NCBI GenBank assembly: GCA_963782055.1
Contig: CAWAIF010000003.1
Location: forward strand, 256,001 to 320,000
Direction: 5' to 3'
Length of the DNA: 64,000 nt
DNA from: an uncultured delta proteobacterium
GTDB lineage: Bacteria; Myxococcota_A; Polyangia; Polyangiales; Polyangiaceae
This document shows, piece after piece, positions 29,990 through 40,343 of the stretch. The position numbers and the translations under genes are program-made. The notes below the pieces were generated by a model, which saw only the letters and a program-made list of their open reading frames with translations, searched no databases and was not told the origin of the DNA. Positions within the stretch are counted from its first letter, which is position 1; the number at the start of each line of letters is the position of its first letter.

Positions 29990-32197
29990 GTGAGCCCGCC
30001 CGGACCTGCGCCTCGCTGGGGCGAGCGCGTCGCTCGCGTGACGGTGATCCTCGCGACGGCGTGGTTCTTCTTCACCGCCATCTGGGGCATCGACCAGATC
30101 CCGGGATCCGGCCACCTCGGGTCGAGCGGCGCCGCCACGGCCATGTTCGGCGAGAACATGGTGCGCTGGCACACCTTCTATGCGCTCTGGGACTGGCACT
30201 CGCTCACGCGCCCGCCGCTCTCCAGCGCGTACTGCCACCACCCCTACGGCGTGCACTGGGCGCAGGCCATCTGCGCGCTCTTCTTCTTCCACCGCAACTT
30301 CGACATCGCCCTGCCGGCGGTCGTCTTCAGCACCCTCACGCCCCCGCTCCTCTACGGCATCGGCCGGCGCATCGGGGGACCGCTGGCGGGCGCGGCGGCC
30401 GCCGTCGGCTTCGTCATCCTCCCGCTCACCATCGGCTACTCCTGCTTCGCCAGCCTGGAGGTGATGACCATCTTCGGGGCCGCCCTCTACTACTGGGGGC
30501 ACCTCCGCTACCAGGAGACCTCGCGGCGTCGCGATCTCGCCTTGATGCTGCTGGGCGTCCTGGTGGCCACCTTCGGCGACTGGGCGGGCTACCTGCTCAT
30601 CGCGCCGGTGCTGGTCTGGACCTTCGCCCGCACCTTCGTCCTGCCGGCGTGGGCCACGCCGATCGGGCGCTTCCGCACCGACGCCCGCGCGTGGGCGTGG
30701 TCGGCGTCCGTCGCCGTCTTCACCGCGGCGGTCACCATCGGCATGTTCAAGCACGCCGACGGCCTCTCCAGCTGGCTCTCCTCGGCGCAGGACCGTGGCG
30801 CCGGGTCCGACCAGCCGCTCTCCACCGTGCTGGAGGCGCGCAAGGCGTGGATCGACTTCAGCTTCACCCCCATCGCCATCGCCATCGGCAAGCTGGCGCT
30901 CCCGGTCGGGGTGATCCGCGCCTCCATCAAGCGCCGAGACGTGGAGATGATGCCGCTCGCCGCCCTCTTCGGCGCCGCCGCGCAGTACCTCGTCTTCAAG
31001 CAGGGCGCCGACGTGCACATCTTCTGGCCGCACTACTTCGGCCTGTACTTCGCGCTCGGCCTCGCGCAGCTCGTCGCCTCGGTGGACGACGTGGTCCGCG
31101 CGGTGGTGCGGCGGTTCTCTCCGACCGAGGCGGTCGCCGCCGGCGCGGTGGCCGCCATGACCGTGATCGCGGTGTCGACGCTGCTCATCCTCCCCGACGG
31201 CGCGCGCTCCCTGCGCATCTGGCGCGAGACGGGCGGCAAGTACGACGACAAGGGCAGCCGCTACCAGTCCGCCGGCGATCTCAACTGGCTGCTGGTCAAC
31301 GCGGTCCGTCCGTACCTCCACCGCGGGGACGTCGTGGGCTTCCACCCCTCGGCCGCGGCCTTCTGGGAGCAGGAGTGGGCCATCGCGGCCACCCCCACCA
31401 CCAGCGCCAAGCCCGACCCCAAGGAGGCGTTCTGGGTCGGGCGGGCGAACAGCATCGGCGCCGACGGGCTGCGGGACCTGGCGAGCAAGCACCACGTGCG
31501 CGTCTACGGCGACGTCGTGCTCGTCCGCCCCTCCGAGCCTCCGGCGCCGCTCGACGCCTTCCTCGTGCAGGAGCGCGAGCCGGGCCCGCTGGAGTGGCTG
31601 CTGACCAACGCGACAGAACCGGTCCGCTCGCTGTCCCCCCAGCCCGACCCCTTCCTCACGTGGGAGTGGCGCTACCACCTCGGACAGGATGCGACGCCGC
31701 CGACGGTCGCGCCGGTCACGCTCGACCAGAAGCGCATCGCGCACAACGTCGCGGTGGCGGCCGGCGACACCGGGCGCGCGGCGAAGCTGGAGCAGGAGGT
31801 CCTCGACTCCATCGACCGCTCGCCGGAGGCGCACTTCACCGGCGGCCACGTCCTGATCGGCATGCGCATCACCCACGGCGTCAAGTCGATGCTGCACCTG
31901 TACTTCTCCTCCGGCGGGCCGACGCCCGGGGCGGCGATGTTCACCGTCCACGCGACGGTCCGGAAGAAGGCGCGCTTCAGCTCCATCCCTGCCGATCCCA
32001 ACGTGATGGACCTGGCGTACCCGCCTTCGATCCCCACCCGGCTCTGGAAGCAGGGGTTCATCTACCGCCTCGACGTGGAGCTGAAGCATCGCATCGGCGA
32101 GGAGGTCCTCTCCGGCGCCTGGGCCTCGCTGGACGGGCGCGCCGCGCCGGCCCCTCTCCACGGCCCGGAGCAGGTGGACCTCGCGGTCCTGCGCTGA
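29990..32197 (+). CDS. GT-C fold membrane glycosyltransferase (ArnT/PMT-like, GT39/83)
   Basis: Many TM helices, YCHHPYG loop, LLYGIGRRIGGPLAGAAAAVGF pattern, large C-terminal soluble domain. Confidence 0.65.
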   Translation: MSPPGPAPRWGERVARVTVILATAWFFFTAIWGIDQIPGSGHLGSSGAATAMFGENMVRWHTFYALWDWHSLTRPPLSSAYCHHPYGVHWAQAICALFFFHRNFDIALPAVVFSTLTPPLLYGIGRRIGGPLAGAAAAVGFVILPLTIGYSCFASLEVMTIFGAALYYWGHLRYQETSRRRDLALMLLGVLVATFGDWAGYLLIAPVLVWTFARTFVLPAWATPIGRFRTDARAWAWSASVAVFTAAVTIGMFKHADGLSSWLSSAQDRGAGSDQPLSTVLEARKAWIDFSFTPIAIAIGKLALPVGVIRASIKRRDVEMMPLAALFGAAAQYLVFKQGADVHIFWPHYFGLYFALGLAQLVASVDDVVRAVVRRFSPTEAVAAGAVAAMTVIAVSTLLILPDGARSLRIWRETGGKYDDKGSRYQSAGDLNWLLVNAVRPYLHRGDVVGFHPSAAAFWEQEWAIAATPTTSAKPDPKEAFWVGRANSIGADGLRDLASKHHVRVYGDVVLVRPSEPPAPLDAFLVQEREPGPLEWLLTNATEPVRSLSPQPDPFLTWEWRYHLGQDATPPTVAPVTLDQKRIAHNVAVAAGDTGRAAKLEQEVLDSIDRSPEAHFTGGHVLIGMRITHGVKSMLHLYFSSGGPTPGAAMFTVHATVRKKARFSSIPADPNVMDLAYPPSIPTRLWKQGFIYRLDVELKHRIGEEVLSGAWASLDGRAAPAPLHGPEQVDLAVLR

Positions 32198-32199
32198 GG

Positions 32200-32240
32200 G
32201 CAGGTTTCACAACCTGCGGGGTCCAGCCGGCCCCTTTTGT
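32200..32240 (+). terminator. Putative intrinsic terminator preceded by a 7-bp palindrome
   Basis: GCAGGTT-TCAC-AACCTGC (32200-32217), then GGGGTC-CAGCC-GGCCCC-TTTTGT. Confidence 0.55.
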
Positions 32241-32256
32241 GGTAATTGGGCGCCCC

Positions 32257-33567
32257 ATGGACGACCGCGTCACGCCGCAGAACCTCGCCCTCTGCGCCAA
32301 CCTCGGGCGCCCCCGGACCATGCTCGCCGTGGGGGCGAACCTCGCCGGGACGGTGCACGTCGCGCGCGACCGCGGGGCGAAGGTCGTCGCGCTGGAGTGG
32401 GAGCCCGCGGCGCTCGATCGTACCCGCGAGGCCGCCGACGAGGCGCACGCGGCGCAGGGGGACCACCCGCTCGGCCCCGTCGCGGGCCGGCGGTTCGACC
32501 TCGTCCTCTTCCAGGACCTGGACGGCCGCGCCAATCTGGACGCTCTGCTGCGCGCCGTCCCCGACCTCCTGGAGGACGGAGGTCACGTCGTCCTCGACCT
32601 CCGACCCGAGTCGCAGGCCGCCGCCCGCGGGGCCTCGCTCCTCGAGCTCGCCGGCCTGGAGGTCCTTCGCACCGACATCGGCCCGCGCATGGTCAAGTCC
32701 CTCGCGACCGCCTCGGTCCACCAGCTCACGCACCCCACCACCTTCGGCCTGGGGCCGCACGTCGTGTGGCCGCTCGAGCGCGTGATCGGCAAGGCCGCGC
32801 CCGCGCGCTTCGCCGAGGAGGTCGTCGTGGTGGGCCGCAAGCCGCCGCGCAAGGGCCCGCTCTCCCTCACCGTCGGCATGCTCACGCTCAACGAGAAGGA
32901 GTCGGTCGAGCGCATGATCGACGACATCCGGGCGGTCGCGCCGGAGGCGAAGCTCCTCCTCATCGACAGCTCGAGCGACGAGACGCCCGACCTCGCCCGC
33001 GCGAAGGGCGCGCGCGTCATCCGCCAGCTCCCGCCCCGCGGCCACGGCCCCGCCATGGAGCGGCTGATGTACGAGGCCGCCTCCGAGAGCGACGCCCTCA
33101 TCTACATCGACTGCGACTTCACCTACCCCACCGCCGAGATCCCGCACATCCTCGAGCTGTTGGAGCAGGGCGCCGACGTGGTCAACGCCAGCCGCACCGC
33201 CCGCTACCCGAAGGCGATGCCCGTCCCCAACTTCCTCGCCAACCGCATGTTCGCCGCCACCGCTCAGGTGGTGCACGGCATCCCCACGACCGACGTGCAC
33301 TCCGGGATGCGCGGCTACCGCGCCTCGGTCATCCGTGGCTTCGACTTCAGCGGGGACGGGGACGCCCTCCCGCTGGACACGCTCATCCTCCCCGCGCGGA
33401 GCAACTACCACGTCGTGGAGTACCCCATCGAGTACAGCGAGCGCGTCGGGGAGTCCAAGCTCGCCAAGCTCCGCGGCACGGTGTGGACCTTCCTGCGCAT
33501 CGCCTCGGCCGTGGGCAACGGCGACCGCGTGCGCAGCGGGCGCCACTACGATCGCCGCCGCTCCTGA
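32257..33567 (+). CDS. Degenerate class I methyltransferase domain fused to GT2 polyprenol-phosphate glycosyltransferase (DPM1-like)
   Basis: N-terminal LAVGAN/FDLVLF/LLEDGG; C-terminal TLNEKES, IDSSSDET, RGHG, IDCDFTYP (DxD), GADVVNASR, TDVHSGMRGY, IEYSERVGESKL. Confidence 0.85.
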   Translation: MDDRVTPQNLALCANLGRPRTMLAVGANLAGTVHVARDRGAKVVALEWEPAALDRTREAADEAHAAQGDHPLGPVAGRRFDLVLFQDLDGRANLDALLRAVPDLLEDGGHVVLDLRPESQAAARGASLLELAGLEVLRTDIGPRMVKSLATASVHQLTHPTTFGLGPHVVWPLERVIGKAAPARFAEEVVVVGRKPPRKGPLSLTVGMLTLNEKESVERMIDDIRAVAPEAKLLLIDSSSDETPDLARAKGARVIRQLPPRGHGPAMERLMYEAASESDALIYIDCDFTYPTAEIPHILELLEQGADVVNASRTARYPKAMPVPNFLANRMFAATAQVVHGIPTTDVHSGMRGYRASVIRGFDFSGDGDALPLDTLILPARSNYHVVEYPIEYSERVGESKLAKLRGTVWTFLRIASAVGNGDRVRSGRHYDRRRS

Positions 33568-33623
33568 GAGGACGCCCCGGGCCCGCGCCGTCTGCTAGCA
33601 TGCCCGGGAAAGCTGGAGGTCTC

Positions 33624-34565
33624 GTGCAATCGTTCGTCGTCGGAGGAGCGGGTTTCATCGGCAGTCACCTCATCGACCGCCTCGTGGAGCGCGGTGAGGT
33701 CACCGCGTACGACAACATGTCGGTGGGGAAGCGCGAGTTCCTCGGCGCCAACCTGGAGTCCGGCCGGGTGAAGCTGGTGGTGGGGGACGCCCTGGACCTG
33801 GAACTGCTCACCCGGTCGATGGCCGGCCACGACGTGGTCTTCCACCTGGCGGCCAACCCGGAGGCGCGCTGGGGCCTGGAGCGCACGCGCCTGGACCTGG
33901 AGCAGGGCACCATCGCCACCTACAACGCCCTGGAGGCCGCGCGGCTCAACGGCATCACCCGCTTCGTCTTCTCCTCGAGCGGCACCGTCTACGGCAACAC
34001 GGCGGAGGCGTGCGCCGAGCCGGACACGCGCCTCCTGCCCATCTCGCTGTACGGCGCGAGCAAGCTCGCGGGCGAGGCGCTCATCTCGGCGTACGTGGAG
34101 TGCTTCAGCTTCCACGGCACCATCGTCCGCTTCGGCAACGTGGTCGGCCCGCGCGGCACCCACGGCGCCATCCTGGACTTCTGCAAGAAGCTCAAGTCCC
34201 ACCCCGAGTACCTGGACGTGCTGGGAGACGGCAAGCAGGCCAAGCCCTACCTGCACGTGACCGACTGCACCGCCGGGGTGCTCTACTGCCACGACAACGC
34301 CACGGAGAAGCTGGGGATCTACAACCTGGCCCCGCCGGACTGGACCAGCGTGCGCCGCATCGCCGAGCTCTGCGTGGCGCGCTCGCCCAACCCGAAGGCG
34401 CGCGTCGAGTATGGCGGCGGGACGCAGGGCTGGCCGGGGGACGTGCCGCTCTCGCGCATCAAGCCGGACAAGCTCGCCGCGCTGGGCTTCAAGGTGCGCT
34501 TCACCTCCGACCAGGCCGTCGACCAGGCCGTGGCCGAGGTCGCGCGCGAAGTGTTCGGGGGCTGA
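33624..34565 (+). CDS. NAD-dependent nucleotide-sugar epimerase/dehydratase
   Basis: GGAGFIG, FHLAAN, SSSGTVYG, YGASK, GDGKQAK; GGAGG before GTG. Confidence 0.92.
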   Translation: MQSFVVGGAGFIGSHLIDRLVERGEVTAYDNMSVGKREFLGANLESGRVKLVVGDALDLELLTRSMAGHDVVFHLAANPEARWGLERTRLDLEQGTIATYNALEAARLNGITRFVFSSSGTVYGNTAEACAEPDTRLLPISLYGASKLAGEALISAYVECFSFHGTIVRFGNVVGPRGTHGAILDFCKKLKSHPEYLDVLGDGKQAKPYLHVTDCTAGVLYCHDNATEKLGIYNLAPPDWTSVRRIAELCVARSPNPKARVEYGGGTQGWPGDVPLSRIKPDKLAALGFKVRFTSDQAVDQAVAEVAREVFGG

Positions 34566-34568
34566 GCC

Positions 34569-35279
34569 GTGCAGGCCGTCGTGCTCGCGGGGGGGCTCGC
34601 CACCCGGCTGCGTCCCCGCACGCTGACCGTGCCGAAGTCCATGCTCCCGGTCTCCGGCCGCCCCTTCGTCGACTGGCAGCTGGAGCTCCTGGCCTCGTGC
34701 GGGATCACCGAGGTGATCATGTGCGTCGCGCACCTGGGCGAGCAGATCCGGGAGCACGTGGGCGACGGCGCGCGCCTCGGCGTGGCCGTCCGCTGGTCCG
34801 ACGAGGGCCCGACGCTCCTGGGCACCGCCGGCGCCCTGCGCGCCGCGCTGCCCATGCTGGAGGAGACCTTCCTCGTCACCTACGGCGACAGCTACCTGCC
34901 CTTCGACTACGCCGCGCCGCTCCGAGAGCTCGGCGCCCGCGCCGACTGCGACGGCGTGATGGCCGTCTTCAAGAACGACGGGCAGTGGGACGCCTCCAAC
35001 GTCCGCACCGACGGCACCTGGGTCATCCGTTACGAGAAGGGCGCCGGGGACCCGGCCTTCGACCACATCGACTACGGCGCCATCGCCCTGCGGCGCGCGG
35101 TGGTCGAGGCGCTCCCCGCCGGCGCCGCGCTCGGGCTGGACGTCGTCCAGCGCGATCTGGCCGCGCGCGGGCGCTTGCGCGCTCACGTGGTGCGTGAGAG
35201 GTTTTACGAGATCGGCTCCGAGCAAGGCCTTTCCGAGTTGGAGCGCTACCTCTCATCGCGCCAAGGAGGCGCCCCATGA
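34569..35279 (+). CDS. hddC: Nucleotidyltransferase, HddC-like heptose-1-P guanylyltransferase
   Basis: LAGGLATRLRP...PKSM, LGTAGAL, YGDSY, FYEIGS; adjacent to hddA/gmhA/gmhB. Confidence 0.75.
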   Translation: MQAVVLAGGLATRLRPRTLTVPKSMLPVSGRPFVDWQLELLASCGITEVIMCVAHLGEQIREHVGDGARLGVAVRWSDEGPTLLGTAGALRAALPMLEETFLVTYGDSYLPFDYAAPLRELGARADCDGVMAVFKNDGQWDASNVRTDGTWVIRYEKGAGDPAFDHIDYGAIALRRAVVEALPAGAALGLDVVQRDLAARGRLRAHVVRERFYEIGSEQGLSELERYLSSRQGGAP

Positions 35280-36271
35280 TCGTCTCGCGCGCGCCCGTCC
35301 GTTTCTCGCTCGGCGGTGGCGGCACGGACCTGCCCAGCTACTCCCGCGACCACGGCGGCTTCCTCGTCGCCGCGGCGATCGACAAGTACGTCTTCGTCGC
35401 CGCCAACCGCCGGTTCTACAAGTCGGTCCGACTCGCGTACTCCAAGACCGAGACGGTGGACTCCATCGACCAGATCGAGCACCGCATCTTCCGCGAGTCG
35501 CTCCGCTTCGAGGGGATCACCCAGGGCATCGAGCTGGTCAGCGTCGCCGACCTGCCGTCCAACTCCGGCCTCGGCTCGTCCAGCGCCTTCACCATCGCCC
35601 TGCTCAACGCGCTGCACGCGTACAAGCGCGAGTTCGTCCCGACGGCGCAGCTCGCCGACGAGGCGTGCCACATCGAGATCGACGTCCTCGGGGAGCCCAT
35701 CGGCAAGCAGGACCAGTACATCAGCGCCTTCGGCGGGATCACCGCGTTCACCTTCGACACGGACGGCACCGTCCACGTGGAGCCGGTGCCCATCAAGGAC
35801 TACGTGATGGACGAGCTGGAGAGCAGCTTGCTCATCTTCTACTCCGGCGTGGAGCGCGCGGCGTCCGCCGTGCTGAGCGAGCAGCGCAAGTCCATCAAGG
35901 CGAACAAGGACGGCGCGCTCGAGCGCATGCACCGCATCAAGCAGCTCGGCTACGACACCCGCGACATCCTGGTGAAGGGCAACCTGGACGCGTACGGCGA
36001 CCTCTTGCACGAGCACTGGACCAACAAGCGCAAGCTCGCCTCCAACATGACCGACTCGGTCATCGACGAGCACTACGAGGCGGCGCGCAAGGCCGGCGCC
36101 ATCGGCGGCAAGCTCATGGGCGCCGGCGGCGGCGGCTTCTTCATGTTCTACGTGCGCCCGGCGGACAAGCGCCGCGTCTACGAGGCCCTCGTCACCCGCG
36201 GGCTGCGCCCGCTGCGCTTCCGCTTCGACTTCGACGGCGCGCGCATCGTCGCCAACTTCCACCGTTCGTGA
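35276..36271 (+). CDS. hddA: GHMP kinase, D-glycero-alpha-D-manno-heptose-7-P kinase
   Basis: RAPVRFSLGGGGTDLP, PSNSGLGSS, GKQDQY, GGKLMGAGGGGF. Confidence 0.88.
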   Translation: MIVSRAPVRFSLGGGGTDLPSYSRDHGGFLVAAAIDKYVFVAANRRFYKSVRLAYSKTETVDSIDQIEHRIFRESLRFEGITQGIELVSVADLPSNSGLGSSSAFTIALLNALHAYKREFVPTAQLADEACHIEIDVLGEPIGKQDQYISAFGGITAFTFDTDGTVHVEPVPIKDYVMDELESSLLIFYSGVERAASAVLSEQRKSIKANKDGALERMHRIKQLGYDTRDILVKGNLDAYGDLLHEHWTNKRKLASNMTDSVIDEHYEAARKAGAIGGKLMGAGGGGFFMFYVRPADKRRVYEALVTRGLRPLRFRFDFDGARIVANFHRS

Positions 36272-36284
36272 GAGGCACCCCCGG

Positions 36285-36884
36285 ATGACCACCTTCAGCC
36301 AGCAGTTCCTCGAAGAGAGCGTCGCCCTCATCAAGGCGCTCGACACCACCAGCATCGAGGCCGTGGCCGACGGCCTCGCCGCGGTGCGCGCCGGCGGCGG
36401 GCGCCTCTTCATCCTGGGCGTCGGCGGGTCGGCCGGGCACGCCAGCCACGCGGTCAACGACTTCCGGAAGATCTGCGGCTTCGAGGCCTACACACCGACG
36501 GACAACGTCTCCGAGCTCACCGCCCGCACCAACGACGAGGGCTGGGACACCACCTTCTCCGAGTGGCTGAAGGGCTCCCGCCTGCGCGAGGACGACGCGC
36601 TCCTCATCTACTCCGTCGGCGGCGGCAACAAGGAGAAGAACGTCTCGGTCAACCTGGTGCGGGCGATGGAGCTCGCCAAGGAGCGCGGGGCGAAGGTCTT
36701 CGGCATCGTCGGCCGCGACGGCGGCTACACCAAGCAGGTCGCCGACGCGTGCGTGCTGGTGCCGGTGGTGAGCAAGGACCGCATCACCCCCCACACCGAG
36801 GGCTTCTGCGCGGTGCTCTGGCACCTGCTGGTCAGCCACCCGAAGCTGCAGATCGCCGCGACGAAGTGGGAATCGACCAAGTGA
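36285..36884 (+). CDS. gmhA: Sedoheptulose-7-phosphate isomerase (SIS)
   Basis: GVGGSAGHASH, LTARTND, SVGGG...SVNLVRA. Confidence 0.85.
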   Translation: MTTFSQQFLEESVALIKALDTTSIEAVADGLAAVRAGGGRLFILGVGGSAGHASHAVNDFRKICGFEAYTPTDNVSELTARTNDEGWDTTFSEWLKGSRLREDDALLIYSVGGGNKEKNVSVNLVRAMELAKERGAKVFGIVGRDGGYTKQVADACVLVPVVSKDRITPHTEGFCAVLWHLLVSHPKLQIAATKWESTK

Positions 36885-37504
36885 CCCGGGGCGTCGTCCT
36901 CGACCGCGACGGCACCCTCGTGGACGTCGTGCGCGACGAGGAGACCGGCGTCATCACGACGGCCTTTCATCCCGACCAGCTCCGCCTCCTGCCGGGCGTG
37001 GTCGAGGCGCTGCGCCAGCTCGCCGGCGCAGGCTACGTCCTCGCCATCGCCACCAACCAGCCGGGCCCGGCCAAGGGGCACTTCTCCGCCGCCGCCGTGG
37101 CGCGCACCAACGCCGCGCTGGTGGAGATGCTCGCGCGGGAGAAGGTGGAGATCGCAAAGGTTGCAGTATGCATGCATCACCCGGCGGGCGGCCCGGGCGG
37201 AGACCCCCAGCTCGTCGGGCCGTGCCGCTGCCGCAAGCCGCAGCCGGGGATGATCGAGGACCTGGCGCGCGATCTCGACCTGGACCGCGCCGCCTCGTGG
37301 GTGGTGGGAGACACCGTCTCCGACGTGGAGGCCGGCCGCGCCGCGGGGATGCGCACTGCGCTGGTGTTCGACCCGCGCCGCTGCGAGCTCTGCCCTCTGC
37401 GCGCCGGCGTCTCGTCGGTGTCCACCCTGCCCCACGTCTCGGGAAAGTCGCTGCTCGAGGTCGCGGGCGCGCTGGTCGACACGCTCGCGGCGGGAGGCGG
37501 GTAG
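36881..37504 (+). CDS. gmhB: Heptose-1,7-bisphosphate phosphatase (HAD IIIA)
   Basis: LDRDGT, ATNQPG, CMHHP...CRCRKPQPGM, VGDTVSDVEAG; GTGA overlap. Confidence 0.9.
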   Translation: MTRGVVLDRDGTLVDVVRDEETGVITTAFHPDQLRLLPGVVEALRQLAGAGYVLAIATNQPGPAKGHFSAAAVARTNAALVEMLAREKVEIAKVAVCMHHPAGGPGGDPQLVGPCRCRKPQPGMIEDLARDLDLDRAASWVVGDTVSDVEAGRAAGMRTALVFDPRRCELCPLRAGVSSVSTLPHVSGKSLLEVAGALVDTLAAGGG

Positions 37505-37505
37505 G

Positions 37506-38438
37506 ATGGGGATCCTCCGTTCGCTCGCCACCGGTCTCGGAGAGGTCGTGCTCCTCCGGCATGCCGAGGCGCGAGCGCGCGAGCGCGGCGAGGAGCGCAC
37601 GCGCGACGTGAAGGGGCTCAAGGCGGCCGCGCGGCTGCGGCTCGTCGCGTCGCGCAAGATGTCGTCGGCCGTGGCCGCGGTGGTGCTCCTCGACGCGGCG
37701 CTTCGCCTCGCCGTGGAGGCGGCGCGCGCGGAGGCGGGCGACGCCGGTGACGCGCCGGTGACCGCGGCGGAGCTGGAGCGGTACGCGCCGTCGGTGGCGC
37801 CGGCGGCGCGCGCGCGGGTGGAGGCGCACCTGGGCGACGCGGACCCCCTCGCCGTCGACGCGCTCCCCCCCGCGCACGCCGAGCGCCTGCGTGACGCGCT
37901 CGATCGCGTGGTCGGCAAGCTCCTCTCCGGCGTGGACGCGCGCTCGGTCGTCGAGCTGCGCGCGCTGCGCTACGGCCGCGTGGCCGCCCTGGTGCTGGTG
38001 CCGCTGCTGCTCCTGGGGGGCTGGGCCCGCGCGGCGCTGCTCCCGCGCAACATCGCGCTGGGCAAGCCGGTGTACACCAGCCCGCTGCGCTTCAACCCCC
38101 CGAACCCGTCGCAGGTGACCGACGGCCGCACGCGGGGCACGTACAACGTGCACACGGTGAGGCAGGCGCACCCGTTCGTCACCGTGGATTTGGAGCGCTC
38201 CTATCACGTGGACCGCGTGCGCGTGTACAACCGCGGCGACGGCTGGTTCGACGACATGGTGCCGCTCACGCTCCAGGTGTCCGAGGACGGCACGCACTTC
38301 CAGGACGCGGCGAAGCGGACCGAGGGCTTCCACGTGTGGACCGCCGACCTGGGCGGCCGCGAGGCGCGCTACGTCCGGGTGACCAAGGACCAGGGCTACA
38401 TCGCCCTCATGGAGATCGAGGTCTACGGTCGGCCGTGA
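37506..38438 (+). CDS. Membrane-anchored discoidin (F5/8 type C) domain protein
   Basis: One TM helix, then NIALGKPV...VTDG...VDL...VYNRGD...ARYVRV...EIEVYG. Confidence 0.8.
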   Translation: MGILRSLATGLGEVVLLRHAEARARERGEERTRDVKGLKAAARLRLVASRKMSSAVAAVVLLDAALRLAVEAARAEAGDAGDAPVTAAELERYAPSVAPAARARVEAHLGDADPLAVDALPPAHAERLRDALDRVVGKLLSGVDARSVVELRALRYGRVAALVLVPLLLLGGWARAALLPRNIALGKPVYTSPLRFNPPNPSQVTDGRTRGTYNVHTVRQAHPFVTVDLERSYHVDRVRVYNRGDGWFDDMVPLTLQVSEDGTHFQDAAKRTEGFHVWTADLGGREARYVRVTKDQGYIALMEIEVYGRP

Positions 38439-40321
38439 CGCCCAACGACCCGGTTTCGCCCGAGCCGAGCGCGGCGGCGCGGAGGCCCTCGCGCGCGGCC
38501 CGCTGGGCCCGCGTGGCGCTCGACGTCTTCACGGTGCTGCTCGGCCTCGGGCTCGTCGCGCTCGTGTGCGCGCCGCTCTTCTCCCGGCTGGACTCCTACG
38601 GCACCCACGACTGGGACCAGATGCAGTCCCACCGCTACGTGATGGTGAAGACCATCCGCGTCTTCCACCAGTTCCCCTTCTGGAACCCGTGGAGCTGCGG
38701 CGGCCACACCTGGTGGGGGGGGCTGGAGAGCGGGAGCACGCTGGTCTCCCCGTGGCTGCCGGCCTACGTCTTCTTGAAGTTCCCGGTCGCCCTGCGCGTG
38801 GAGGTCACCGGCACCGCGGTGCTCTCCCTGGTCGGCACGTGGCTGCTGTCGGGGCGCTACACGCGCAGCCCGGGCGCGCGGCTGCTCGTCATCGCGGCGT
38901 TCGTCGTCACCGGACGCTGGGCCCTGCAGGTGAAGGCCGGGCACATGTGGCACCTGTACTACGCGTGGGTCCCCTTCGCGCTGTACTTCATGGACCGCGC
39001 CGCCTGCACCCCGCCGGCTGATCGCCGCAGGACCCTGCGCGAGGTCGCGCTCCTCGGGGGCGTGCTCGCGATGATGGTCTACACCGGCGCGATCTACCCG
39101 CTGCCCCAGGTCATCGTCCTGCTCGCGGTCTACTCCCTGGCGCTGGCCGTCGCGTGGCGATCGCTCCGGCCGGTGGGCCTCGCGGTGGCCGCCGGCGTCT
39201 TCTCCTTCCTCTTCGCCGCGCCGCGCCTGCTCCCCATCTTCGATATGCTCCGGCGCTTCCCGCGTCTCACCGACTCCAACGAGACGATGGACCTGGGCGC
39301 GCTGATCGGCATCTTCACCGCCCGCTCCACCGACCCGCAGCCCTCGGTCGGGCCGTGGGGGTGGCACGAGTTCGGCGCGTACATCGGGTGGGTGCCGGTC
39401 CTGCTCATGCTGGTCGCGCCCTTCGTGGCGCGACGGGCGCGGCCGCGCGCGCTCATGATCAGCGGCGTCGCGTGCATCGTGCTCGGCCTGGGCCGCTTCC
39501 ACGAGTACGCGCCGTGGGGCATCCTGCACGACCACCTGCCCATCTTCGAGTCGCAGCACGTGCCCTCGCGGTGGCTCTACGTCGCGCCGCTCCTGCTGGT
39601 GCTCACGTCGATGGCCGCGCTCGAGCGGGTGCTCTCGCGCGCGCGCCGCCGCTGGCTGCTGGAGATCGCCATGCTCTTCTCGGCCGCCTACGTCGCCCTG
39701 GACGTGGGGCTGGAGGCGCAGAAGCCGGTCGTCTCGGCGCTCACGCGCAACCCGCCGCACGTCACGCCGTCCGTCGCGCCCTACCACCAGTACAACGTCG
39801 CGCCGCCGTCGCTCCGCTACGAGTCGAGCGACTGGGCGCCCCCCAGCATGCCCGCCATGATGGCCAACGTCGGCGTCATCGACTGCGCGACCTTCCCCGG
39901 CCTGCAGACCTACTTCCGCGGCACCCCCAACAACCCCACCATCGGCCTCGGCGCGCACGGCGAGGGCGATCCGGCGTACCGCGGCGAGCTGTACACGGCC
40001 ACCGGCGTCGGCAAGCTGACCTTCACGCGCTGGACGCCCAACGACATGCGCGTCCACTACGAGGGAGCGAACCCCGGCGACACCCTGGTCCTCAATCAGA
40101 ACTGGGACCCCGGCTGGAGGGCGAACGGCAAGCCGGTGATGAACTACTCCAGCGCAGTGGGGACGGAGATCCACGGCTCGAGCGGGGACGTGGATTTCCG
40201 CTTCGTCCCGCGCTTCTTCTGGCTCGGCGTGCTGCTGCTCGTCGCGACGGCGGGCGGCCTCGTCTTCGCATTCCGCCGCCTGCCGCGCGCCCCGGCGAGC
40301 TTGCGCGAGGGGACGTCTTGA
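38435..40321 (+). CDS. YfhO-like GT-C fold membrane protein
   Basis: THDWD loop, FPFWNPWSCGG, many TM helices, PSRW, C-terminal LVLNQNWDPGWRANG and final TM. Confidence 0.7.
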   Translation: MTPNDPVSPEPSAAARRPSRAARWARVALDVFTVLLGLGLVALVCAPLFSRLDSYGTHDWDQMQSHRYVMVKTIRVFHQFPFWNPWSCGGHTWWGGLESGSTLVSPWLPAYVFLKFPVALRVEVTGTAVLSLVGTWLLSGRYTRSPGARLLVIAAFVVTGRWALQVKAGHMWHLYYAWVPFALYFMDRAACTPPADRRRTLREVALLGGVLAMMVYTGAIYPLPQVIVLLAVYSLALAVAWRSLRPVGLAVAAGVFSFLFAAPRLLPIFDMLRRFPRLTDSNETMDLGALIGIFTARSTDPQPSVGPWGWHEFGAYIGWVPVLLMLVAPFVARRARPRALMISGVACIVLGLGRFHEYAPWGILHDHLPIFESQHVPSRWLYVAPLLLVLTSMAALERVLSRARRRWLLEIAMLFSAAYVALDVGLEAQKPVVSALTRNPPHVTPSVAPYHQYNVAPPSLRYESSDWAPPSMPAMMANVGVIDCATFPGLQTYFRGTPNNPTIGLGAHGEGDPAYRGELYTATGVGKLTFTRWTPNDMRVHYEGANPGDTLVLNQNWDPGWRANGKPVMNYSSAVGTEIHGSSGDVDFRFVPRFFWLGVLLLVATAGGLVFAFRRLPRAPASLREGTS

Positions 40322-40343
40322 GGCACCCTCCGCCGCCGCCTCG

